Positions 50,941 through 58,711 of a stretch of 64,000 bases of DNA are shown here, in pieces. This DNA comes from Archaeoglobaceae archaeon (GTDB taxonomy: Archaea > Halobacteriota > Archaeoglobi > Archaeoglobales > Archaeoglobaceae), in NCBI GenBank assembly GCA_038893835.1, contig JAWAQR010000002.1, positions 2,632-66,631 of the forward strand. The letters run 5' to 3'. Within the stretch, counting starts at the first letter, position 1, and the number at the start of each line of letters is the position of its first letter. The notes under the pieces were generated by a model. The model was not told the DNA's origin. It saw nothing but the letters and a program-made list of their open reading frames with translations, and made no database searches. A program made the position numbers and the translations under genes.

Positions 50941-51569
50941 GGAACGTAAAAATAATAAACGGTGTTCCGGCTACTAAGAGTAAATATGGGAGCCATTATG
51001 GTGAGAGAATATTCTTTCTGGGAAATGAAAAGTTCAGAGAATGGGTACCTTGGAGGAGTAAACTATCTGCATTAATCCTAAAAGGCTATGAAATCGACTT
51101 CAGAGGGGATGAAAAAATTCTCTACCTTGGTGCAGCAAGTGGGACAACTTTAAGTCATTTAGCAGACATAGTGGATGAGGGGATAATATATGCTGTTGAG
51201 TACTCAGCGAAGCCTTTCATAAAGTTACTCGAGCTCGCAAAGGAAAGAGATAACATTATACCTCTTTTCTTCGATGCAAGCAAACCTTGGCTGTATAGCG
51301 GAATCGTGGAAAAGGTTGATTTCATATACCAAGACATAGCTCAAAAGAATCAGATTGAGATTCTAAAAACAAATGCTGATTTCTTCTTAAAAGATAACGG
51401 TATGTTTTTGATCATGATAAAGGCTAAAAGCATAGATTCGACTGCCGAGAGTGGAGAAATTTTCTCTCTCATAACCCAGAAAATTTCTAAGGATTTTTCA
51501 ATTCTTGAAAAAGGTTCTCTAGAACCATATCATAAAGACCATATGTTCGTACTTGGGGTGAAGATATGA
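50937..51569 (+). CDS. flpA: fibrillarin-like rRNA/tRNA 2'-O-methyltransferase
   Basis: 210 aa with the SAM motif KILYLGAASGTTLSHLADIV and typical fibrillarin length. Confidence 0.95.
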   Translation: MRNVKIINGVPATKSKYGSHYGERIFFLGNEKFREWVPWRSKLSALILKGYEIDFRGDEKILYLGAASGTTLSHLADIVDEGIIYAVEYSAKPFIKLLELAKERDNIIPLFFDASKPWLYSGIVEKVDFIYQDIAQKNQIEILKTNADFFLKDNGMFLIMIKAKSIDSTAESGEIFSLITQKISKDFSILEKGSLEPYHKDHMFVLGVKI

Positions 51570-51847
51570 GATTCAGAATAGTTAGGATCGAGTTGAAGGA
51601 AGAAGATGTTCTTGTTTTTATGAAAAGAGTAGATAAAACAATACCGCAAAGAATACCGCAGAGAGTGGAAATAGAGAGACCAGAACAGATAATAGAATTC
51701 GGCTTACAGCTGGGAATGAATTTAGCGAAAAGATTTGAAGACATCTTTGGAGTTGATGCCTTCGTTACGTTAAAATACGATGAGTATATCACGAAGGAGC
51801 TGAAAGTTGGAGATTTCGTTGACATAGAAATAAAGGAGGTGGAATGA
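51566..51847 (+). CDS. small hypothetical protein
   Basis: 93-aa ORF that overlaps both neighbours by 4 nt (ATGA), so it appears to be translated as part of the operon. Confidence 0.5.
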   Translation: MRFRIVRIELKEEDVLVFMKRVDKTIPQRIPQRVEIERPEQIIEFGLQLGMNLAKRFEDIFGVDAFVTLKYDEYITKELKVGDFVDIEIKEVE

Positions 51848-53142
51848 TGTTCTGGAACCCGAGCATTGAAAGGATGCCTGTGGCAGATTTGAAGGAAATA
51901 CAGGAAAAGAAGCTGAGAGCACTCGTCAACAACGTTTATCAATATTCTCCGTTCTATAGAAGGAAGTTCAAAGAGCTGGGCATAGATCCCTCCCAGATAA
52001 GGAGCCTCGAAGACCTTCCAAAACTTCCTTTTACGAGAAAACAGGATTTGAGAGATAATTATCCCTTTGGAATGTTCGCGGTGCCAGTGTCACAGATAGT
52101 TAGGTTTCACGCTTCTAGCGGGACTACTGGAAAACCAACTCTGGTTGGATACACGGAAAACGACATAAGAGTTTGGGTTGAAAGTCTGTGCAGAGGACTG
52201 GTTAGCTGTGGAGTTACTCATGAAGATATAGTTCAAATAGCATACGGCTATGGCCTCTTCACCGGCGGACTCGGTTTCCATTATGCTGTCGAAAAAATCG
52301 GAGCCACAGCTTTGCCAATATCAACTGGAAACACTGCAAGACAGATTGAACTTATGAAAGATCTAGGTGTAACTGTAATAGCATGCACACCATCTTACAT
52401 GCTCTACATGTCAGAATACGCAGAGAAAATGGGAACTAGCTTAAAGGATACAAAGCTGAGAATCGGAATTTTTGGTGCAGAACCTTGGAGCGAAGAAACT
52501 AGGAAAAGAATTGAATTAAAAACAGGATTAACTGCCTATGACGTCTATGGAACTTCAGAACTAAGTGGCCCTCTTTTCACAGAATGCGTCGAAAGAAATG
52601 GGCTCCATGTATGGGCAGATCATTTTCTGATAGAGGCAATAGATCCGAAGACCGGTGAGAACGTTGGAGAAGGAGAAAAAGGGGAACTGGTGGTAACTAC
52701 GCTGAGCAAAGAAGCGATGCCTCTAATAAGATGGAGAACTGGAGATATAACGATAATAGAGACTGAAAAGTGTAATTGTGGTAGAACTCACCCAAGAATA
52801 ATGAGAATTCTCGGGAGAAGCGATGACATGCTCATAGTTCGCGGAGTAAACGTTTTTCCAAGCCAGATAGAGCATGTTTTGATGCAAATTCCAGAGCTTG
52901 GAGAACATTACATGATAATACTAGACAGAGTAGAGAATCTGGATGAAATGACGATTCAGGTTGAACTAAGCGAAAGAGTTTCAGTGGATAAGCCAGCAGA
53001 TATACTGAATCTAAAAAAGAGGGTTGAGGAAAAGCTTAAGAGTGTTCTGGGAGTACATGCAAAAGTTGAAATCGTAAATCCTGGAACTCTTCAAAGATTT
53101 GAAGGTAAAGCGAAAAGGGTTATAGATAAGAGAAAGATATGA
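51844..53142 (+). CDS. paaK: phenylacetate-CoA ligase (PaaK) family, second paralog
   Basis: 432 aa with HASSGTTGKPTLVGYT, YGTSELSGPLFTEC and RWRTGDITIIETEKCNCGRTHPRIMRILGRSDDMLIVRGVNVFPSQIE. Confidence 0.85.
   Translation: MMFWNPSIERMPVADLKEIQEKKLRALVNNVYQYSPFYRRKFKELGIDPSQIRSLEDLPKLPFTRKQDLRDNYPFGMFAVPVSQIVRFHASSGTTGKPTLVGYTENDIRVWVESLCRGLVSCGVTHEDIVQIAYGYGLFTGGLGFHYAVEKIGATALPISTGNTARQIELMKDLGVTVIACTPSYMLYMSEYAEKMGTSLKDTKLRIGIFGAEPWSEETRKRIELKTGLTAYDVYGTSELSGPLFTECVERNGLHVWADHFLIEAIDPKTGENVGEGEKGELVVTTLSKEAMPLIRWRTGDITIIETEKCNCGRTHPRIMRILGRSDDMLIVRGVNVFPSQIEHVLMQIPELGEHYMIILDRVENLDEMTIQVELSERVSVDKPADILNLKKRVEEKLKSVLGVHAKVEIVNPGTLQRFEGKAKRVIDKRKI
52801..52889. repeat. 89-nt tract in paaK-2, inverted copy of 34578-34666
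   Basis: See the partner repeat. Confidence 0.9.
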
Positions 53143-53143
53143 G

Positions 53144-53566
53144 GTGATACTTGTGATAAAACAAATTTCTGTGTTCGTGGAAAACAAGCCTGGAAGACTT
53201 GCTTCTGTAACTGGGGTCCTATTTGAAAAGGGAATAAATCTCAGAGCATTTATGATTGCGGATGCTGGAGACTTTGGGATAATCAGAATGGTTGTGGACA
53301 GGACTGATGACGCTTACAAAGCTCTAAAGGATGCCGGATTTACAGTTGCAATCAACGATGTCTTGGCAGTTGAAGTTGAGGATAAGCCGGGGGAATTGTA
53401 TAAAATAGCGAAAGCCTTAGGAGATGAGGGTGTAAACATTGAATACGTTTACGCTTTTACCTCGGAAAAACATAAGGCACTCATAATATTCCGCGTCGAT
53501 GATTTGGAGAGAGCGAGAGAAATACTAGAGAGAATAGGTGTACTTTTCAAAGGGAGAATTGACTAG
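53144..53566 (+). CDS. tandem ACT-domain protein
   Basis: 140 aa with two ACT-like beta-alpha-beta-beta-alpha-beta units (ISVFVENKPGRLA...; LAVEVEDKPGELY...). The usual partner of archaeal PaaK genes. Confidence 0.8.
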   Translation: MILVIKQISVFVENKPGRLASVTGVLFEKGINLRAFMIADAGDFGIIRMVVDRTDDAYKALKDAGFTVAINDVLAVEVEDKPGELYKIAKALGDEGVNIEYVYAFTSEKHKALIIFRVDDLERAREILERIGVLFKGRID

Positions 53567-53603
53567 TTTTGACAGAAAAATTTTATAAGCTAGAGATCAA
53601 AAA

Positions 53604-53945
53604 ATGAGCATGCTTTCAATCAATCCAACTCTGGTTGTTAGAGACAAACCCTATAGCAAGGAGGAATTGATGGAAGCTCTGCGCTTGGCAATATCTGCTG
53701 AGCTGGATGCAATTAGCCTTTACGAGCAGATGGCAAGATTTAGTCCAGATGAGAACTGCAAAAAGATATTTCTGGATGTTGCAAGGGAAGAAAAAGCACA
53801 TGTTGGCGAGTTCTTAGCACTTCTTCTGACCATGGATTCGGAACAAGTAAGTGAGCTAAAAAGCGGTTTTCGAGAAGTGGAGGAGAAAACTGGGATAAAG
53901 ACTGCTCTGGATGGAGGAGATCAAAGATTCACGAAAAGGGAGTAA
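53604..53945 (+). CDS. ferritin-like protein of the encapsulated-ferritin (EncFtn/Flp) type, stand-alone
   Basis: 113 aa: MLSINPTLVVRDKPYSKEELMEALRLAISAELDAISLYEQMARFSPDE...LDVAREEKAHVGEF. It has the E...Y...ExxH di-iron pattern of EncFtn and resembles the N-terminal domain of the fused archaeal encapsulin as I recall it. Confidence 0.75.
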   Translation: MSMLSINPTLVVRDKPYSKEELMEALRLAISAELDAISLYEQMARFSPDENCKKIFLDVAREEKAHVGEFLALLLTMDSEQVSELKSGFREVEEKTGIKTALDGGDQRFTKRE

Positions 53946-53946
53946 A

Positions 53947-54088
53947 ATGGTCGTAGAAATTTTAAAGGACATTTTCACAGGTGGAATCATAGTTACGCCA
54001 TCGATTGAGGAAAAAGTCATCGTTTTTTGCCAACACACCAAGTGCTGCTGACATAGTAGTTGGATAGGAGCTGGTAGTGCTCGAGTGA
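53947..54088 (+). pseudogene. remnant of the C-terminal end of an encapsulin (HK97-fold shell) gene
   Basis: Frame 1 gives MVVEILKDIFTGGIIVTPSIEEKVIVF. After a +1 shift in the T6 run 54023-54028 it reads FANTPSAADIVVG, then TAG, then ELVVLE-TGA. Compare the T. maritima encapsulin C-terminus [36 protein letters not shown]...PEALILLKF. Confidence 0.6.
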
Positions 54089-54402
54089 TGGATCGCATAA
54101 ACTTCGATGCGGAATTCATTCCACTTATTTTAACTGGAGAAAAGAGGACAACGATAAGAAAAGGGATCAGAAGTTATCCTGTTGGAAAAGTTGTAGAATT
54201 AACGGTTGAAAACAAACCCTTCGCGATGGCTAAAGTTAAAAAAGTAGTTGTGAAGAGAGTTTCAGAGCTGAGTGATGAAGATGCTAGATCCGATGGTTTT
54301 TCAAGTAAGGAAGAACTTTTGAACGCTTTAAAAAGAATTTATGGAGAGATACTAGATTCTGAGTTCGTTACAATCGTGCATTTTGAAGTTTTGCAGCCTT
54401 AA
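54085..54402 (+). CDS. ASCH-domain protein
   Basis: 105 aa. The N-terminal FDAEFIPLILTGEKRTTIRKG is the characteristic ASCH (PUA-like) opening. Confidence 0.75.
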   Translation: MMDRINFDAEFIPLILTGEKRTTIRKGIRSYPVGKVVELTVENKPFAMAKVKKVVVKRVSELSDEDARSDGFSSKEELLNALKRIYGEILDSEFVTIVHFEVLQP

Positions 54403-54454
54403 AATCTTTGATCGACAATAAAACTTTAAAAAAATACACACCATTCTTAAAGCG

Positions 54455-55738
54455 ATGCGAATAAGAGTTGAGTTTCACGATCTGGACAAAAGTTTGAAGA
54501 ACTTTGTCCTCGAAGGGGTGTGTTCACAAATAACTTATTCTCTTATTACTGTAACTATCATAAGCTCATATCTCGCAACGACCAAAATTCCCCCTTTTTT
54601 GCTCAGCGTTCTGATATCGATTCCTCACACTACAACTGTTGCACAGATAATTTCGGCGAAGTTTGTAGAGAAAAGAAATAGGAAAAAGATATCGATCTAT
54701 GTTAGTTTAATAGCCAAAATAACCCTTATAGGAATAGCAGTGAACTCCTTTTTTGGAGGAGATTACGAAGTTCTATTCTTCGCAATTCTTTACCTTATCT
54801 TCAACATTTGCGAAGACGTCTACACAGTTACTTGGAGTTCTTGGTCACGGGATTTGATTTCTGGAGGTAAAAGGGGGGAAATTTTTTCCAAAAGATCAGC
54901 TTATGGTAGAATTTTTGCCATTTTTGCAATATTGCCACAGATATTCGTTTTTGATCGAATGGATAAAACCGGTTTCTCCGTCCTATTCCTAACTTCTGCC
55001 CTTATAGGCCTTATAGGAGTCTATTTTTTGAGGAACGTCGAGAATGTCAGATCGAGTAGAATAAGCGAGATAAGGTTGATAGAACCAATGAGGAACATCA
55101 ATTTCCTGAAACTAATTTTTTCCGTCTCCATATTCCTGTTCGCCATAAGCTCTGCTAGAACTTTTTTTACAGTCTTTTTAATCAATTGTCTGCAGTATTC
55201 CCTTTCAACAGTCCTTTTTCTAGCTTTCTTAGCCCATCTCAGCTCCATATACTCCTTCCGTATTTCAGGCATTTTTTCAGACAATCTTGGAAATAAGCCC
55301 CTCTTTACCCTATCTTTTCTGACCTTTTCAATTTCAGCAATCCTTTTTGCATTTTCAACACAGAAATCTTTTTGGATTCTCGCAATCGCATATATTCTTC
55401 ACGGCTTCTACACTTCCGCCCCAACAATTGCTCTAACAAATGCAATAGCAGACTTGACTTATAAGAAGTATTCTGCACCATATTACGCTTTGAGTAACTG
55501 GTTACAGGACACTTTTTCAGCCATTGGCTGCGTCTTTGCGGGAATTTTAGTCTCTTCCCTTTACGAGAGTGGAGATATTGCTTTTCGAGTTCTCTTCATT
55601 TTTTCCGCTATTCTTTCTCTTCTTTCATTCTTCACAATAAGACTCTACGATGAATATGCGCCATCGCAATGGAATGCAATGTTAAAGATGCCAAAGTTAA
55701 TAATTCAGGACATTGCAAGGATTTTTAGAATTGGCTAA
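54455..55738 (+). CDS. MFS-type transporter
   Basis: 427 aa with about 12 hydrophobic helices. No substrate inference is possible. Confidence 0.7.
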   Translation: MRIRVEFHDLDKSLKNFVLEGVCSQITYSLITVTIISSYLATTKIPPFLLSVLISIPHTTTVAQIISAKFVEKRNRKKISIYVSLIAKITLIGIAVNSFFGGDYEVLFFAILYLIFNICEDVYTVTWSSWSRDLISGGKRGEIFSKRSAYGRIFAIFAILPQIFVFDRMDKTGFSVLFLTSALIGLIGVYFLRNVENVRSSRISEIRLIEPMRNINFLKLIFSVSIFLFAISSARTFFTVFLINCLQYSLSTVLFLAFLAHLSSIYSFRISGIFSDNLGNKPLFTLSFLTFSISAILFAFSTQKSFWILAIAYILHGFYTSAPTIALTNAIADLTYKKYSAPYYALSNWLQDTFSAIGCVFAGILVSSLYESGDIAFRVLFIFSAILSLLSFFTIRLYDEYAPSQWNAMLKMPKLIIQDIARIFRIG

Positions 55739-55775
55739 GGATTTAAATCAAAACCGAAATCCCTGCAAATCTTCT

Positions 55776-56272
55776 TTACCACTTCTGAAGGATGTCATCA
55801 ACTTCATCCGCAAAATCCTCTTCCCCTAACCTTGCAGACGTATGCACCAAGATAAGCTCTATTAGCTCCTGCAAGAAGCATTAAGGGAAGAGAGTGTATG
55901 TTCAAACAAAATCCTAGTTCCGCAAAGGTGTTCCGTTCACTGGTTGAAATCCGGAAATGGAGCAGTGTTTTAAATATCCTCCTTCAAGCGTAACCCTGCC
56001 CATCCCACAATCCTTTATAAAATCAACAGCTTTACAGAACTCCTCCAAGTTCATAAAACTCCAAATTTCCACTTTCAATCATGGAATTCGTTATTTCCGG
56101 ATGAACCTTTATATCAGATGGTATTCCGAAAAGTGTTGAAGTTAAATCCCTAGAACAGTTATTTTGAGAATTCTCTCAACTTCTTTCGCTTTATCTTTAC
56201 CCAACCTTTTTTCAAGAATTTCAATAATTTTATTTTTATTTCTAACAATTTCTTTAAGTGTCTCTTCTATCA
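55776..56272 (-). pseudogene. multiply frameshifted gene remnant; C-terminal pieces resemble BioB/ThiH-family radical SAM enzymes (tentative)
   Basis: Minus-strand pieces in three frames: MIEETLKEIVRNKNKIIEILEKRLG...; ...LFGIPSDIKVHPEITNSMIESGNLEFYELGGVL*; AVDFIKDCGMGRVTLEGGYLKHCSISGFQPVNGTPLRN*; LMLLAGANRAYLGAYV...; ...ARLGEEDFADEVDDILQKW*. No CxxxCxxC survives. Confidence 0.35.
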
Positions 56273-56356
56273 TCTCGCCTCAATTGAAAAGAAGGGATAT
56301 AAAATCTTCTCAAAAGCTTTAGAAATCTAAAAATGTCCAAAATAATCCTACAATAA

Positions 56357-56430
56357 AAGCCGCCGGCGGGATTCGAACCCGCGACCTGGTGATTACAAGT
56401 CACCCGCTCTGCCAGCTGAGCCACGGCGGC
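56357..56430 (-). tRNA. tRNA-Thr (anticodon TGT)
   Basis: The reverse complement folds as GCCGCCG-TG-GCTC..GAGC-G-GGTGA-CTTGTAA-TCACC-AGGTC-GCGGG-TTCGAAT-CCCGC-CGGCGGC-T. Confidence 0.9.
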
Positions 56431-56501
56431 GTTTAAGCATCGTATCTTTTTAGTTTATTAAACTTTTTGCCTTGAATCGAGCGAAAGATTTTTATGCTCA
56501 A

Positions 56502-56519
56502 ATTTAGGTTAACCTAAAT
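56502..56519. promoter_or_regulatory. 18-bp perfect palindrome ATTTAGGTTAACCTAAAT overlapping the feoA start; candidate metalloregulator operator
   Basis: Perfect dyad checked by hand. It lies just downstream of the TATA-like GATTTTTATGC (56487-56497) and covers the feoA ATG (56518). The half-site TTAGGTT equals the outer heptamer of the DtxR/IdeR iron box. Confidence 0.5.
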
Positions 56520-56739
56520 GATGATTTCTATGGACTTAGCTCGTGGAAAAGTCAGGATAATAGAGATAAGAGGTGGTAGAGGATTTGTAAGAAGGCTCAT
56601 CGATATGGGTCTAGCTCCGGGACAAGTTGTCGAAGTTATATCAAACGGCCCACCAGTTGTTGTAAAGGTGAGAGACTCCGAGATAGCCATTGGAAAAGGA
56701 GTTGCTAAAAAAGTTTTTGTAGAGGAAGTAAATGTATAA
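56518..56739 (+). CDS. feoA: ferrous iron transport protein A
   Basis: 73 aa, SH3-like FeoA pattern (GKVRIIEIRGGRGFVRRLIDMGLAPGQVVEVI). Overlaps feoB. Confidence 0.85.
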   Translation: MMISMDLARGKVRIIEIRGGRGFVRRLIDMGLAPGQVVEVISNGPPVVVKVRDSEIAIGKGVAKKVFVEEVNV

Positions 56740-58711
56740 GATTTTCCTGATTTCTCAACCGAATTCAGGAAAAACTACTCTCTTCAACAAGCTAACCAGT
56801 CAGCAATGTTACGTTGCAAACTGGCCTGGAAAGACTGTGGAAGTTTTCCAAGCAAAAATAGAACATCATGGAAAAGAGATTTTGGTAGTTGATTTACCGG
56901 GAATAAACAGTTTTAAAACTCTAAGTAAAGAGGAGGAGATAACAAAGGAGTACATATTCAAAGGTAAGGATGGTGTCGCGGTTATTGTCGTGAATGGGAA
57001 TGCTCTTTTCAAATCCCTATACTTCGCAATACAAGTGCTAGAGTTGAAAAGCGAAGCTGTCGTTGTCATAAACAAGGCAGATTTTCTGGAAAAGAGCGGA
57101 ATACATGTAAATGTCGAAATTCTTGCTAAACATCTTGGAGTCGACGTAATCCTTATCAGCGCCCTTCGCGGAATTGGCTTAAACCAGCTCATAGATCGAT
57201 GTCTCGACGTTTTAGAAGGGAGAAAGAAGAATTCAAAATTAAAGATAAATTACGGAAGCTTAGAGCCTTTTATTGAAAAAGCTGAAAAAATTGTGGGAGA
57301 TAGGGGTAGTGCCATAAAGGCGCTGGAAGGGGATGAGTTCATTCTCACAAGACTGCAAGAGGAAGAAAGGAGAGAAATAGAGAATATTGCTAGAGAGATC
57401 TCAGAGATTTATGGTAATCCTGAAGAGATAATCGCAATGCATCGATTTAGGTTTGTGGAAGAGCTAATTAGTTCTTCTATCAAAGAAGTAAAAATTTCAA
57501 AGGTCTCTTTTGGTAAAAAGTTAGATGAAATATTTTTCAGCAATTTTGGTCCAATTTTGGCAATTCTAATTCTCTTCTTCGCAATTTTTTCCTCCTTTTC
57601 AATAAACACAGGATTTCCGCTGAATTTGCTGATGAGGTCTATTGGTAATGAAGGGTTCGCTGAAACTATTGAAAGTTATAGCATTGTGGGGATCATTTCC
57701 AGAATCTTCGATTCCATTTCGGAATTTCTCAATGAGAATTTACCGGATTCCATGTGGAAAAGTTTATTGATAGATGGAATAATTCCCGGAGTTGGTGTGA
57801 TCGCATCCTTCTTCCCCCTGATTTTGATTTTGAACCTCCTCATGTCCTTCATAGAAGATAGCGGTTTAATGTCTAGACTTGCTGTAACAATGGACCGTCT
57901 CTTTGCAAATTTTGGTTTGACAGGTAAATCCTTTTTCCCTTTTTGCATAAATTTAGCCTGTAACGTTCCCGGAGTTATGGCTTCAAGAATACTAGAAACT
58001 GACTCCGAAAGACTTAGAGTTGCCATATCTTCTCCCTTCGTGCTATGTCAGGCGAGATTGCTTGTAATAATTCTTTTCACAGCTTTCTTTTTTGCTTCTC
58101 CCCTTCTCCAGAGTGTAGTAGTGATCTTCATTTACCTACTCTCCGCACTACTATTCCTTTTTTTCGCCGCAATTTACAGAGAAATATTCAAGAAGGAGAA
58201 ATCAGAATTGTTGATAGAACTGCCACCATATCATTTTCCAAGCCTTAGAGTGAGCTGGTGGATAACCTGGACTAGGAGCAAGGCTTTTATATTTAAAGTT
58301 GGAAAGATAATACTTCTGTTCTCAATTTTCATATGGTTTTTAAACTCTTTTGGACTGACAGTCTTCCTCGGAAAATTGATCGCAAAAGCATTTTCTCCAA
58401 TCGGAATTGAAAGTTCCGAGCTCGGTTTTGCTTTGCTAGTAGGTTTTATAGCGAAGGAAATGATAATATCTTCTCTAGCCATATCTTTTGGAACTTCCAA
58501 CATCTTTGAAATCCTCTCACAACTCGGATTGTCAATGGCACAGGCTTTTGCGCTGATAATCTTTATTTCCTTTTACACACCATGCATAGCAACTCTAGCT
58601 GCAATCTATTACGAAATTAGAAACTTGAAAATTCTCCTGATTTCCATAGTTTTCCAGCTCCTCTTTGCATATTTCCTGACAATAGTAACTTATACGATTC
58701 TAACGCTTTAG
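56732..58711 (+). CDS. feoB: ferrous iron transport protein B
   Basis: 659 aa with an N-terminal G domain (SQPNSGKTTLFN, DLPG, NKAD) followed by a polytopic membrane domain. Confidence 0.95.
   Translation: MYKIFLISQPNSGKTTLFNKLTSQQCYVANWPGKTVEVFQAKIEHHGKEILVVDLPGINSFKTLSKEEEITKEYIFKGKDGVAVIVVNGNALFKSLYFAIQVLELKSEAVVVINKADFLEKSGIHVNVEILAKHLGVDVILISALRGIGLNQLIDRCLDVLEGRKKNSKLKINYGSLEPFIEKAEKIVGDRGSAIKALEGDEFILTRLQEEERREIENIAREISEIYGNPEEIIAMHRFRFVEELISSSIKEVKISKVSFGKKLDEIFFSNFGPILAILILFFAIFSSFSINTGFPLNLLMRSIGNEGFAETIESYSIVGIISRIFDSISEFLNENLPDSMWKSLLIDGIIPGVGVIASFFPLILILNLLMSFIEDSGLMSRLAVTMDRLFANFGLTGKSFFPFCINLACNVPGVMASRILETDSERLRVAISSPFVLCQARLLVIILFTAFFFASPLLQSVVVIFIYLLSALLFLFFAAIYREIFKKEKSELLIELPPYHFPSLRVSWWITWTRSKAFIFKVGKIILLFSIFIWFLNSFGLTVFLGKLIAKAFSPIGIESSELGFALLVGFIAKEMIISSLAISFGTSNIFEILSQLGLSMAQAFALIIFISFYTPCIATLAAIYYEIRNLKILLISIVFQLLFAYFLTIVTYTILTL

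Noticed and set aside
55957-56139. 60-aa plus-strand ORF in the MFS-tRNA-Thr gap
   Set aside because: The opposite strand carries the coding-like, though frameshifted, signal. This ORF is most likely its antisense shadow.
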